This document shows, in pieces, positions 1 to 13,477 of a stretch of 64,000 nucleotides of DNA. The translations under genes and the position numbers were made by a program. Below the pieces are notes generated by a model. It saw only the letters and a list, made by a program, of their open reading frames with translations, had not been told where the DNA came from and did not search any database. This stretch comes from Octopus vulgaris (Eukaryota). Numbering within the stretch: position 1 is the first letter of the stretch; each line of letters starts with the position of its first letter. The DNA is taken from NCBI GenBank assembly GCA_951406725.2, contig OX597825.1, positions 19,840,001 to 19,904,000 on the forward strand, read 5' to 3'.

Positions 1-264
1 TTTTCATTTGACTACGGAGAATATGCAAAGAAATTTGTTATTGTCAAATTCAAATAGAAAATAGTGACACAGTCATGGTGAGAATATTGTTTCTGAATGA
101 TGATCGATGTAAAAGGTTTCGAACAGCAGTAACTAAAATCGTAAAACAATAGTCTCGAAACGACACTCCTTTTCATGTTGAAGTGTTCCTTGTAAAGCGC
201 GCACAGTATCATACACACGCACAAATACAGAGATTGCAATTGTTGTGCATGTAGATAGCATGAA

Positions 265-410
265 TGTAGTTATGGCAGTGTGGTAAGAAGTTTGCTTCCC
301 AACGACATGGTTCCGGGTTCAGTCCGAATATGTGGTAGCTGGAAGAAGTGTCTTCTACTATAGCCTTCGACCGACCAAACACTTTTGAGGGGATTTCGTA
401 AAAGGGTAAC
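265..410 (+). mobile_element. tRNA-derived SINE group A, diverged 5' half
   Basis: TGGCAGTGTGGTAAGAAGTTTGCTTCCCAACGACATGGTTCCGGGTTCAGTCC...AAGTGTCTTCTACTATAGCC matches the head of the full copies at 5514 and 14886. Confidence 0.8.
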
Positions 411-1954
411 TATCTATATATATATATATAACTTTCTATATATATATAAAGGGGAAGTTTATGAAAATGAACAAAAGACGAAGGCAGGTAGAGTCGGATG
501 GATTAAGGGATTATTATCGTGTCCAAACATTTAGAATGTCTTTTTTGTACTTTTTGATACACTAGGAACGTTCCCGAGAGTAGCTTTCATTTCCAGTCAA
601 ATATTCTGTACAAATGATCTAGCATAATTTAGAAAGATGGCAATTTTTAGATCTCTATGCTTCGCACATATGGCAACAACGACAGTTCCTTTTCATTTCT
701 TGTGACAGCATTTCATCTACCAGGGAGCATCTAAAAAAATAAAAACCTTTTAATTGGTTTTGAAGAGAGTAAGGTACTTCTAACAATACAGCGTGTGAAT
801 TTATGGGTATGTGTGTATATGATTGTGCATATATATATACATACATAGACACACACAAACACACACATATATGCATATATACATACACGCACAAGCATGC
901 ACACACACACACACGTGGACACTCACAAACGCACACGCGTATATATATGGTACGATAAAGACAGACGGACACGGACAGAGAGAAAAACAGAGTCATCGAG
1001 GCGCGTATCACTCTATATGTCTATACATTTGCATGATATTTTTCTATAATATTCACAAGTAATATACGTGGAATTAAGACTTAACATACGTTACAGCTTT
1101 AATACTTAAACCGTTATAATGAACGCTAAATCTATAGAAAAATAATTACCAAAACTACTAAAATATTTTCTCGACACCATTGTACCAGTGTTGAAAAATA
1201 TTTATAAATTCATCTAAGCGAACGGAAAGCCGAGATTTGATGTCCTGGCATTTTAATTTAAGTCGAAACTAAGACTAATCCCCAACATAGAATAACCGGA
1301 TTATAGCACTCTACAGTTTTATTTCGTTCCCTTACAATAGGACGAGCATTCATAAATCAAATTTTATTGATAATATGAAGTGAAGTGACAACTCCATTAA
1401 TGTATTGTCATGTTAAGACAAACTAAGAACAAGTTGACATGAGGTCTTTTGTTGCTTTAGATTTCAATGCATATGAAACAAACTATTATAATTTTCTTTC
1501 AGAATTGATGGGTTTATTTTCTATGTTATTTATATCTTTGCTTACTTGTTTTTATTTCCTCTATATGTATTTTTGAGTTTGACGAGAAAATTTCTCGATA
1601 ATTCCTTATGTTTTAATGTGTAACCATTTCTCGATTGTCTTATCTATGTCGCTTCCTGAAAGGTGTATGAATGAGGTTTCTCCGCTTTTATGACAAAATA
1701 TTTTAAACTAGGCTGAGCTTTTTGTTTGTTATCTATTACGAGCGGATGGTAAAACATGAATCAAAGTCTATGGTAGCATTCAAAACACGTCTAAATCATA
1801 ACGTGTACTGTTGAAAAGCACCAAACAAATATGTTGCATCTGTTTAACGTTGAAGTCTACGAACACTAGACAGTATCTTATTTCGATAGATAAACAACAT
1901 ATTGGTATAGCTCTGGACGACAACTGGACGAATTCCAATGAAATCTTAAATACC

Positions 1955-2080
1955 GATGCAGCTTTTGCTGAGTGTTTACGAAACTCACTAGCAACCACGT
2001 GGCTTTGTGTTCTGCCCCGCTATACGGCACTTTGGGTGTGTGTCTTGTACTATAGCCCCAGGCTGAGCAATGCCTAGACG
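1955..2080 (+). mobile_element. SINE group A, very degenerate head
   Basis: CAACCACGTGG...TTGGG...TGTCTTGTACTATAGCCCCAGG resembles the group A head. Confidence 0.5.
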
Positions 2081-2104
2081 AAATTACAAACACACACACA
2101 CACT

Positions 2105-2146
<42 letters not shown>

Positions 2147-2147
2147 C

Positions 2148-2226
<79 letters not shown>

Positions 2227-2236
2227 AATTATATAT

Positions 2237-2426
2237 ACCGGAGTAAATACATAAATGTGAAACAAGGTGGAAAAAAAAGAGTACTCAAATACCAGTGGTA
2301 GAGTAATATGGTTTATTTAAAGCAGCAGAAAATTCAACAAAACCTGTTATTCTGAGTTTCCCGTTGCCGTTCAACGGGAAACTCAGAGTAACAGGTTTTG
2401 TTGAATTCTCTGCTGCTTTAAATAAA
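2237..2426 (-). mobile_element. Short Penelope-like terminal fragment with 55-bp fold-back, next to (TA)n
   Basis: Arms 2312-2366 and 2372-2426 (2 mismatches, 5-nt loop); contains GAAACTC, resembling a hammerhead 3' half. Confidence 0.55.
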
Positions 2427-2670
2427 GTATAAATTATATATACATACGCGGGCGTAAACATGTGTGTGTGTGTACGTATCTCACTTATGCATTGCGAGAC
2501 TAATAACCTGGTACAGAACTCAGTATACGTATACTTCAGACGAAGTGTTAGGCGAGTACAGTCTGTTAATATGAAAAAAGATTAAAAGGAAAACGATGGT
2601 TATATGTATGTATGTATGTATGTATGAATGTATATATGTATCTATCTATTTATTTATATATATATATATG

Positions 2671-2900
2671 TTTCTTTATTGCCCACAAGGGGCTAAACAC
2701 AGAGAAGACAGACAAGGACAGACACACGGATTAAGTCGATTACATCGACCCCAGTGCGTAACTGGTATTTATTTCATCGACCCCGAAAGGATGAAAGGCA
2801 AAGTCGACCTCGGCGGAATTTGAACTCAGAACGTAACGGCAGACAAAATACGGCTACGCATTTCGCCCGGCGTGCTAACGGTTCTGCCAGCTCTCCGCCT
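2671..2900 (-). mobile_element. tRNA-derived SINE group B, full length
   Basis: Reverse complement of GGCGGCGAGCTGGCAGAA...GAGTTCAAATTCC (B box)...GCCTTTCATCCTTTCGGGGTCGAT...TAAAGAAA. Confidence 0.9.
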
Positions 2901-3036
2901 TATGGCAGTATTATGAGAGAAACTAACTGGAGATAACAATAAAAAAACAGGAAGATCGAATGCCTAAACTGTTCAGCAAGATTAAATACGTAAAGATACC
3001 TATTCTTCTTCTTTATCTATAAATCAAGTTATATAA

Positions 3037-3267
3037 GGCAGCGAGCTGGTAGACTCGTTAGCACGCCGGGCGAAATACTTAGCGGTATTTCGTCTGTTGT
3101 TACGTACTGAGTTCAAATTCCACCGATGTCGACTTTGCCTTTCATCCTTTCCAGGTCGATTAAATAAGTACCAGTTACGCACTGGGGTCGATGTAATCGA
3201 CTTAATCCCTTTGTCTGTCCTTGTTTGTCCCCTCTGTGTTTAGCTCCTTGTGAGCAATAAAGAAATA
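3037..3267 (+). mobile_element. SINE group B, full length
   Basis: A/B-box head; 13-bp TSD TATAAATCAAGTT at 3018-3030 and 3268-3280. Confidence 0.92.
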
Positions 3268-3969
3268 TATAAATCAAGTTGTTGTGGTACTCCAGCAGTT
3301 ATTGTAGATATAATAACATTATGCAAACGAGTTCGCACCGTGCTAAGCAGGTAATTGTTTATATTTTAGTAAATAGCTTCTATGTTTAGCAGCTTGGAGG
3401 CAGAGGTGAATGAATTCTGATGATTTCTTAATTAATAATAACAGCGATCGATTTAATCCCCGTCATAAACTCCCCGAGGGCATAATTTCAAGCTGGGACT
3501 AAATACATATGCAAGTCCTTATCTGTATTTATGTAAACGCTATCTAAACAAACCGTTTCAGTGATTCTAAATAAAATTCGCATAGTAAATGTGTAAAATT
3601 AATTACTTATACCTTAAATATCTTTTCAAATTGATGAAATTTGCCAAATAATATAGAGAAAATCGACCTTTCTGTAACCTACGCTAATTTTGTAAATCAA
3701 TTGAACAAAGTTATGTTTCAAACAGACATAGGTGCCGCAGGAATTCATCGACATCAGCCAAAATGTTGTTTAAATATAATTGTGTGAAATTAATTCATTG
3801 GACAGAAAATTATCTGATGAACGTAATTTTTGCTCATATAAAAGGGCAAAAGGCTACTTAAAGAACGAAAATTAAAACGATATCGAAAATATTCATATTT
3901 GCATTTAAACATATTCGGTTTTATCAGTTAGTACTAAATATCCTCCGAATTTCTATGAGTGAAGATATA

Positions 3970-4369
3970 TTTATTTCTTTACTACCTACCTACAAACACA
4001 AGGGCAGACAAAGGGATCAGGTCGATTACATCGACCCAGTGCGAAACTGGTACTTTATTTATCGACCCCCGAGAGGATGAAAGGCAAAGTCGACCTCGGC
4101 GGAATTTGAACTCAGAACGTAACAACAGACGAAATACCTATTTCTTTACTACCCACAAGGGGGTAAACACAGAGAGGACAAACAAGGACAGACAAACGGA
4201 TTAAGTCGATTATATCGACCCCAATGCATAACTGGTACTTAATTTATCGACCCCGAAAGGATGAAAGGCAAAGTCGACCTCGGCGGGATTTGAACTCAGA
4301 ACGTAACAACAGACGAAATACCGCTAAGCATTTCGCCCGGCGTGCTAACGTTTCTGCCAGCTCGCCGCC
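3970..4369 (-). mobile_element. SINE group B dimer (full copy plus partial duplicate)
   Basis: Full unit ~4139-4369 and 5'-truncated unit ~3970-4138; one 14-bp TSD TTCTATGAGTGAAG (3951-3964, 4370-4383) flanks both. Confidence 0.9.
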
Positions 4370-5445
4370 TTCTATGAGTGAAGCTATTTTATTAAGCGAA
4401 ACCACAGTGTTCAATTCTAATGGAATACATGATCATTTAAGCATAAATCAGTGGTATTGGGGCATAACACTCTTTAGTACGTAATTTGTTTTGTATAAAT
4501 CAGGTATTTCCAACATGTGAAATAACAAACAGTATGACTAAAGAGCGTGAATAAGAAAACACATTTGGTAGATTACGTAAGAAGGAAAACATTGACAATT
4601 TCCTTACATAAATATGCAATGGTGCTCTATCCTAATCTAATTATTCCAGAAACCCATTTTCCAGCATTACGCAATCCCTTTATTTTTCAAAGTTATCTTA
4701 TTCCTGAACTTTGATACAATAGTATCAGTAAGCAACGGCGAAAGTAGACGAAACTATATAAAAATTTCTAAGGGCTTAGAATGGAGACCGTTCAAATTTG
4801 ACTCGTTTATTTTCTCGGCCAGTGAATGTTGATAAGGCCTTAATATGATCTCCTAATCCATTTATTTAACTCGGCTAAGGATTATTTTGTCACCTTGTAA
4901 ATGTCTGAAATAACAACTCCTTACGCAAAACACCCGACCAGATTTTCTTTTAAATGGGCTTTTTCCGGTAACCGTCAATATATTTTAGTAAAATTTCCAT
5001 ATAGCAACCTAGTTAATACAGACCTAGAAACATCAACAAATGCTATAGCCCCCACTGATAAAGCAGAAGGGTCAATATTTTTACTTGCCGCATCTAGAGG
5101 AAAAGGCAGTGTCAATAAACCCTGACCCTAACACTATATTGATAACATTTTGGAACTTTGTAAGGAAACAAAACAGCAAAGAAAATATAAGCAACGAAAG
5201 AAAATCTGTTGGGGATGCTTCTGAAGAAACTGGGAGGACGTGTACACACCGAGATGATGAGGGAGGAGTTGATAGATAGCCGACAACTGATGACGGATCC
5301 TTCCTCCATGAAAACCTGTTCTCTTCTCCCTTATTTTCTCGTTGTTTACTTATTTCACTCGTTTTTCTCTCGTTTGTTTATATAGATCATGTTATTTGCA
5401 CCATTGTTGACGTTGTGTATCCATACATACATGTATATATATATT

Positions 5446-5513
<68 letters not shown>

Positions 5514-5517
<4 letters not shown>

Positions 5518-5915
5518 TAGGAGTGGCTGTGTGGTAAGTAGCTTGCTTACCAACCACATGGTTCCGGGTTCAGTCCCACAGCGTGGCATCTTGGGCAAGT
5601 GTCTTCTACTATAGCCTCGTGCCGACCCAAGCCTTGTGAGTGGATTTGGTAGACGGAAACTGAAAGAAGCCCGTCGTATATATATATATATATGTATGTG
5701 CGTGTATGTTTGTGTGTCTGTGTTTGTCCCCCTAGCATTGGTTGCCAACCGATGCTGGTGTGTTTATGTCCCCGTCACCTAGCGGTTCGGCAAAAGAGAC
5801 CGATGGACTAAGTTCTGGGCTTACAAAGAATTAGTCCTGGGGTCGAGTTGCTCGATTAAAGGCGGTGCTCCAGCATGGCCGCAGTCAAAATGACTGAAAC
5901 AATTAAAAAAAGAAA
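5514..5915 (+). mobile_element. SINE group A, full length (CORE-like)
   Basis: A box TGGCTGTGTGG, B box GGTTCAGTCCC, CORE-like TTGGGCAAGTGTCTT, internal (TA)n(TG)n, tail GGCGGTGCTCCAGCATGGCCGCAGTC...TGACTGAAAC, A-rich end. Confidence 0.92.
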
Positions 5916-7695
5916 AACAGAAAGATACATAAATATGTATATATGTATATGTATGTATATATATATCTGTGTGTGTGTGTGCGTGTGTGTGTGTGTGTGG
6001 CCGTTATTTGTATAATTTTATCTCGTTGTTTCCTTTCACTTGTTCAGCGAACATTTTTGCGCCTTTGTATATTTTTAAAACATCCCTGAAGGTACACATT
6101 GTACTGATATGCTTGGGTAAATTTATGTTAACTTAGTCAGTTAAAGCATTTTAGCTGACGTTTCGCTTGAAGGTAATATTGATATCGTAATGGAATATTT
6201 CAAATTCATAACTGATGAATTGTGATGAATATATTAAAGCGTTATTTAAATGTAAATTCCAGGCAAATTTGAATATGTTACCTATGCCTTCGAACTCAAG
6301 AAATATCACTGCAGTTCCTCTCCTTCTGCCTGGAGCCTGGTGCCTGGAGACAATATTTTGACTGATTTTTCAGTAATCGCACGAATTTCTAGCTGAATAG
6401 ATAATCATATCCTTCATTGGTTTGGCAGCTCGAAATAAATTTTGCCAGAATCAATATGAAATTTAACAATGACTTAAAATGCTAACATATTAAATTATCT
6501 TAGAATCGGTTTACGGGCATGTAGTTATGTGCAGATCAAATAATATTTATCTGTCTGTTAAACACTTTTAAACTGTCATCTCTCATCCATGCAACATCCG
6601 AAATATCCTCAGAATCTTTTTTATAAATATTTTATATGGACAGAAATTCAAGACCACATTTCTTTCAAGATTATATTATCTAGCAATCTTTTTTCCTAAC
6701 GCAGTTTTAATTACAAATAAAATCTTTAAAAAATACCTGCCCGTTTTCTGTTAGAAACACATGGATATATTCATTCAAACATTGTTAATGTGTATTCCCA
6801 ATGTCCTACGCATGTCTTTGCAGACCTGATGATACATATTATGTTTTTTTATTTTGTATGATCTCTCTGAGTCGTAAAGGATATTGAAGTTTCGCCACAT
6901 CGTGAAACTCTTATATAATATGTAAATAAGAAAAGACCTATTAGGAAAGGTTTCCTTTCTTAATCTGTTAAAAGGTATGAACAGTAACAGGAATATCGCT
7001 CCAGAACCATCACCACGGTAAAGATTCTTCTAGAAAAACATAAAAAGCTGTTTCAAAATTGAAATAGATCTAATGTTGTAAAGGAGTTAATTGTGAAAAG
7101 AATGTCATACGTCGTAATTATTGGATTATATGAGCCATTGCAGTGACTACTTATGAGAAGGATATCAAGTGTCTTCTCACGCATGTATTCCGAAAAAAAC
7201 TATATACTATTCATGGTGGATTAGAAGTTGGAGGTCAACTGTAATATCAGCTACTGGAAGCATATCAAATGAAAATAAATCTAAGTACGAAGAAAGAAGT
7301 GGTCTCTGCTCGTTTTCTGTGTAGCACTTCCACAACAAACCACTGCGCTAAAGAAAGGAATGCTAATTGATCATTTGCGAAATATGGGCTAAAGGCTAGA
7401 AACATAATTCTTGTTAAAATCTCTACGAAACAGAGTTAATCGAGTAATTGGTATTTCATTCGCATTGAATGAGAGCACCAAGGTTAGTTTGAAAGAGGGA
7501 AAATTAATAAGTTACTACAAAAGTAAAATTAAAACAAAACAATTGAATGTCTTCAGGTTTAAAAACAATCATAATATAGAAATCGGTTAAAAGGCGGTTG
7601 CGAGCAAGATGGAGAAATATTAACAGTAAATATTTCATAACAAATTACAAAGTATAAAGATGTTAACTAGAAATTCACTTGCAAATCAAATATGA

Positions 7696-7880
7696 TTTGA
7701 TTTGATTTTGATTTTTCCAGTTTCATCTAATGAGCTGTGGCCATGCTGGGGCACCGCCATTTGGTTTGCTACACGATTTTACCTCACGGATGCTTTTTAG
7801 CAAACGCCATCTGATGCATGAGAGAGTTCGATGCAGCTGCCCTCATCTGCACCTCCTGCCGTGAAGTTGGTTCATCTTGC
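7696..7880 (-). mobile_element. CR1-like LINE extreme 3' end (ORF2 C-terminus plus 3' UTR)
   Basis: Encodes DEPTSRQEVQMRAAASNSLMHQMAFAKKHP*, near-identical to the copy at 58731-58970, followed by GGCGGTGCCCCAGCATGGCCACAGC and a short-repeat tail. Confidence 0.8.
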
Positions 7881-8120
7881 AACATTTCATACTGCCGAGG
7901 TGTATAGTAAACCAATCCATATCCCATAAGCCCAGGATGCAAAGCTGGGGCTGGAATAATTTTAATCGGGAAATAATATGTATAACTTCCAAAGGAAGCT
8001 GCTACAAACAAATAAAGGAGGAAATGCTATTGGAGGGCACTGGTGTTCATTAATAGGCAAAGCAGAGCATTTAGGTTACGTCAGTGTTTCATTCACTCAA
8101 GACTGCGCCAATATTGTGGA

Positions 8121-8151
<31 letters not shown>

Positions 8152-8556
8152 CACGCCCGCGAGCACACACACATACAAAAAGATAGACAGACAGAGAGGA
8201 AGAGAGAGAAGTATTGTTATTTACAGGAGTCTTATTGACTACGTTCTGAAGTAAACAATTTCACAAAGATACCAAATATCTTTGTCAATTACTAAAGAGA
8301 AAAGTGTAAAAACTGACGAGAAATTAACAAGGGATTACAGTAGATCTTACAGAATCGAACACTCGAGAAGGCACTTCTTGCTTTTTGAGTTAGTGTGTTC
8401 TATTCTAAAAGGTACAAAACTGATCAAAGATCTATTCTTCAGGCTACTTGTCTTCTAGACAAGAAAACAAATTGTTATTAATGTTAGCAACCTTCACTGT
8501 TGCTTCTCTATTCTATACTTTGTATGGCGACATCATTAACCTCATAAGGTTAACAA

Positions 8557-8787
8557 GGCGGCGAGCTGGCAGGAACGTTAGCACGTCGGGCGAAATGCGT
8601 AGCCGTGTTTCGTCTGCCGTTACGTTCTGAGTTCAAATTCCGCCGAGGTCGACTTTGCCTTTCATCCTTTCGGGGTCGATTAAATAAGTACCAGTAACGC
8701 ACTGGGGTCGATATAATCGACCTAATCCATTTGTCTGTCCTTGTTTGTCCCCTCTGTGTTTAGCCCCTTATGGGTAGTAAAGAAATA
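8557..8787 (+). mobile_element. SINE group B, full length
   Basis: Intact head and body; 19-bp direct repeat GACATCATTAACCTCATAA at 8529-8547 and 8805-8823. Confidence 0.92.
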
Positions 8788-9974
8788 TATATTAAAATGA
8801 AATAGACATCATTAACCTCATAATGTAATAAATTTTGTTTTGATATTGGTCAGACCTGACCATGAAGCACCAAGATAAAAAGTGTTCTAGTCCTGATTAA
8901 AATACATGTCTGTCTATCTGGTGCGACTTAGTTATACAAAATTATAAACTATGTTATGAGAGACATTTAAGCGCCATTTCCAGTAGTCTAAAATAAAGCA
9001 TAGAAAAGCATTCATTCACTCATATTTCCTCAATATCACCTTCAGCGTAACTGAAATAAAATGCTCGTTGCTTAGAAGATGAAGGGGTAACTTGGTTTCA
9101 GCGGACGATGGTCTTTGAATTTCCTTTAGGTATTCGTTAGAAATAGGGAAATATTAACGACGGAATACAGTGAAAGTTCAAACAAATAGTAAAAATCTAA
9201 GGGGTCGACCCCAGTAATTGTCTTGTGGTAGTCAGTTTGATGGTATTTCTACGATCAAATGCACATTTGACCCCGAGTGGTATTTCAACCGAGATGTTGC
9301 GCAGCAGAATATTAATGCAGAAAGATGCACATCCAGCTTTCTGCAATTTCTGCCACTTTCTAAAGATGAGGATAATATTAATAGTAATTTCTTGCTATTA
9401 CCATAAGATCGTATATTTTAAGAGTAAGGCCCAAGCGATTTAATTAACCTTAGTACTTGCTTAACCCTATCGTTGAAATGAAAAGTCAAAGCTGATGCGA
9501 AGGGAATAGCGAAAATCAAAATTAAACATGTGAATAATGAAATGCAAAATCCCAACCTCCAAGAATAATTTCGACTCAGAACATAAATAGAATGAACCTA
9601 AATTCTGTTATTTATTAAGTTCAATATTCTGCAATTCCGTTCCCGTTTGAGAAATGATGATGTTGAAAGCTTGATAGGAGCATATAGAGTTTTATTGTTA
9701 ATTCCATTACATTTCGAAGGTTTTTTTTTCGTATTTCTATCTTAAAGTTCTATTATTAGCGCTCTTTCCTTCAATGCGTCAAGCCTTAGTTATTGGGTGA
9801 GGATAAAATCTCAGATAATTATTCTAATTCCCAGCAAACCATTCACCGAAAGCCTGAGTCAATTATTTGATGCTGCTGATGTAATTGAAAAATCACTGAT
9901 TTAGGCCTGTAAAGTATTTTACCTTATTTCCTCACACACACACAGGCTTCCAGTGAGTGTATCTCTATCTATAT

Positions 9975-10306
9975 CTACATACATACATACGTACACACAT
10001 ACATACATGCATACATTCACACGTGCATACATACATACATACATACATACACACATGCATACATACGTATATACATACATGCATACATACATGCATACAC
10101 ACATGCATACATACCTGCATGCATACACACATGCATACATACATGCAAGCATACACACATGCATACATATATACATACATACATACATACAGACATACAT
10201 ACATACATGCATACATATATACATACATACACATGCATACACACATGCATACATACATGCAAGCATACACAATGTATATATACATAATATATATAATGAT
10301 GTATAC

Positions 10307-10338
<32 letters not shown>

Positions 10339-10427
10339 GCACATACACACACACATATATATATATACATATATACAGATACATACATGTACATTCTATA
10401 TATATATCTATTACATATACATACATA

Positions 10428-10485
<58 letters not shown>

Positions 10486-10640
10486 CATATATATATATAC
10501 ATATATATATATAAACATATATGCATATGGCTATAAATATATATGCATGTATATATATATATATATATATCTATATATCCATATACATACATACATATAT
10601 ATCTATAGCCATATGTTTATATATATATATATACACATAT
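9975..10640. repeat. Compound (ATAC)n/(TA)n microsatellite
   Basis: Direct reading. Confidence 0.95.
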
Positions 10641-11140
10641 GGCTATAACTATATCTGTGAATTTGCGATGATATTATTCTTCTATTTTCCCCTTTGCAGT
10701 TTAATAGCGGTTTCTACTTTTCGTTTCACTATTTCTACCTAGATAGGTTTCAGGATATATAATAATGACGTTAGGTTTGGTTTGGTTTGGTTCTGTTTGG
10801 GATGATTTCACGTCATCCTATTACATCCTTCATCTTGGACTCTAATGTTCTAATTAATTTCCTCTGAGGATTACGCCATATATCTATTAATATCACCGGT
10901 ATGCCATTAGATGAACAGAATGCTATCCTTAATCGAGATATGCACATCTGAAGTGAAATGCCCGTTAGCACAATGAGCCTGGTGATTACTTACTTGTTAA
11001 AAACAGCGAAGCTGTATACCTGATATATCTATCTGCGAATGCATGTGTTTGTGTTTGTGTGCGTGTGTGAGTGCGTGCGTGCGTGTACCCACGTTAGTGT
11101 GTTCGTCTGTGTCTGTTTGTAATTATATATATACATACAT

Positions 11141-11205
<65 letters not shown>

Positions 11206-11336
11206 TGCTCGTCTGTAATCATATATATATATACACATATATACATTTATATATATGCATATATATATATATATATATGGTCTCTGTGTATATATTTAAA
11301 TAAATGTATATGCAGTTAGCATCATCATCATCATAT

Positions 11337-11337
<1 letters not shown>

Positions 11338-11422
<85 letters not shown>
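11338..11422. repeat. (TAG)n microsatellite
   Basis: Direct reading; source of the poly-V/L/T ORFs. Confidence 0.97.
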
Positions 11423-11423
<1 letters not shown>

Positions 11424-11811
11424 TTAGTAGCAGTAGCAGAAGCAGCCACAGCAGCAACAGCAGTACTATTTTCGGCATTCATCATTGTGGAATTTACAAC
11501 TCTTTCGTTTTCTACAAGGGAGCAACCTTTATTCTACAGCACATGCAAGCACCAACTCATTCGCACACACAAACAAACACACATGGATACACATACGGAA
11601 CACATGTGCGTATTGAAATCATACAAAACAATAAGCATTTACAGACGAAAATATTCCATATTTTTAGCAGTCTTTGTGAGCATAAGTACAACCACACATA
11701 CATACACATGATATATATGCATGTATGTATGTATGTATGTATGTATGTATGTATGTATGTATGTATGTATGTATATATGTGTGTATATATATATATATAA
11801 TTTACTTACTT

Positions 11812-11918
11812 AGGCCCAGGCATGCCTGTGTGGTAAGAAGTATGTTTCCAAACCATATGGTTCCAGGTTCAGTCCCACTTGGGCAGGTGTCGTCTTCTAT
11901 AGCCTCCGGCCGACCAAA
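11812..11918 (+). mobile_element. SINE group A, 5' fragment
   Basis: TGTGTGGTAAGAAG...GGTTCAGTCCCACTTGGGCAGGTGTCGTCTTCTATAGCCTC. Confidence 0.75.
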
Positions 11919-11929
11919 GAATACATAAA

Positions 11930-12425
11930 TGATGGAATGAGATACCTCAAAACTGTCATTCAACAAGATCCACCCTGAAGCCGAGGATTTCCTCATGTAC
12001 TTCTATTGTACTTATTGTTTCCTTCCAACTGATTCAGCAGCCTATTGCCATGTCCAGTGATGTCCTGATGCCTCTGAGAATGCGTCATATTCCACCTATG
12101 TTTGCCACTCACCTATGGAATGTGCATGACGTCACATGAACAACAACACCTGTACCAACATCTGTGAAGGGTGGAATAATAAATTTTTCGACCTCGTTAG
12201 TCACAACCACCTTTCGCTTTGGCGTATCATTGAATAGCTTCATCGTAAAGAAGCAACAGTGAGCACTATTATCCAGCAGGATGCTGTTGGAAATTTTTTC
12301 AAAGAAGTGCTCCTCGATGCAATGTGCATCTACAAGAAGGCCTTCGAAACTTGTGTGTTGCTCGACAGGAGGACGATAAGACTGTGGCTGAGTTTCTTCG
12401 TGGCGTCGACTGGAATATTTGTCAT
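11930..12425 (+). pseudogene. Mutator (MULE) transposase C-terminal relic
   Basis: Manual translation across lesions: EDFLMYFYCTY...IPPMFATHLWNVHD..NNNTCTNICEGWNNKFFDLVSHNHLSLWRIIE*L...LRNLC...TVAEFLRGV, matching the MULE pattern P.F...WN...RTNN..EGWN...H...W. Confidence 0.75.
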
Positions 12426-12794
12426 AATCATCAGCATTAAAACATTGAATATACGTGTGATGCCACGATATTGTGTAAGCTGTTTTCAATCTGTACGTGT
12501 CATGTACTGTCAATAAATGACTGACTTAAATATTTTTGTTTGATATTGCTGTTTAACATTAGATTTGAATTATCGTAAATGTAATGTGTGTGTCTGTGTA
12601 TGTACGTGTGTACGTGTGCATGTTTATGTATGTATGTGTGTGTGTGTCTCCGTACAAGTTAATTTGTTGGTTTATAGCTGGAGTCCCCAAACCTTTTAGA
12701 CCATCGGTCCCTTCATCGAAACTTTGTCCCCTCATCGACACCCAGCCATACAAGAAAATAAATAAATGGTAATAGTTTAAAATGTTGCCACAGA

Positions 12795-12938
12795 GACGGC
12801 AATTCTGGGAGAGGGAATATGTCGACTACATCAACTTCGGTGTTCAACTGGTACTTATTTTATCGACCCTGAGTAAATGAAAGGCAAAGCCGACCTCGGC
12901 GAAATTTGAAATCAGGACGTAGCGGCTGACGAAATACC
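12795..12938 (-). mobile_element. SINE group B variant, partial
   Basis: CTGGTACTTATTTTATCGACCC...TGAAAGGCAAAGCCGACCTCGGCGAAATTTGAA. Confidence 0.75.
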
Positions 12939-13135
12939 TATAGGATCATGCTGAAGGTGGCTTCGTCAACATACGTGCCATCCTTGCTACATTCACCCAT
13001 CTTTTTCTGAAAAGGTTTTGTTCTCTAGACAAAACTTGCCTCTCTACTCTCACTTTCCTTTTCAAGTGATACTTGAAAAAGTTGATAACAAATTGACCAG
13101 AGAGGAAAGTGTTTGTCTCTAATCCTTTCAGATAG

Positions 13136-13148
13136 TTAGATAGATAGG

Positions 13149-13218
<70 letters not shown>

Positions 13219-13219
13219 T

Positions 13220-13279
<60 letters not shown>

Positions 13280-13409
13280 GTAGGTAGGTAGGTAGGTAGG
13301 TAGGTAAGTAGGTAGGTAGATAGATAGATAGATAGATATGTAGATAGATAGACAGACAGACAGACAAACGGACGGACGGACAGACAGACGGACAGACAGA
13401 CAGGCAGGC

Positions 13410-13476
<67 letters not shown>
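13136..13476. repeat. (GATA)n/(GGTA)n/(GACA)n microsatellite
   Basis: Direct reading. Confidence 0.97.

Positions 13477-13477
<1 letters not shown>

Noticed and set aside
2754-2936. Recurrent peptide RPRKDERQSRPRRNLNSERN (also 3959, 4224, 30432) and NHMVPGSVPLR-type peptides
   Set aside because: Read-through of SINE B and SINE A copies, not a protein family
5288-5320. CTGATGA-CGGA..TCC-AT-GAAA hammerhead-like string on the + strand
   Set aside because: No convincing stem I/III or NUH triplet; at best a decayed relative of the 31058 family
5514-5590. tRNA-like A/B boxes
   Set aside because: These are SINE heads continuing into SINE bodies; no complete cloverleaf, so not tRNA genes
6950-7330. 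Possible very old LINE RT remnant
   Set aside because: Only faint motif resemblance; no reconstructable frame
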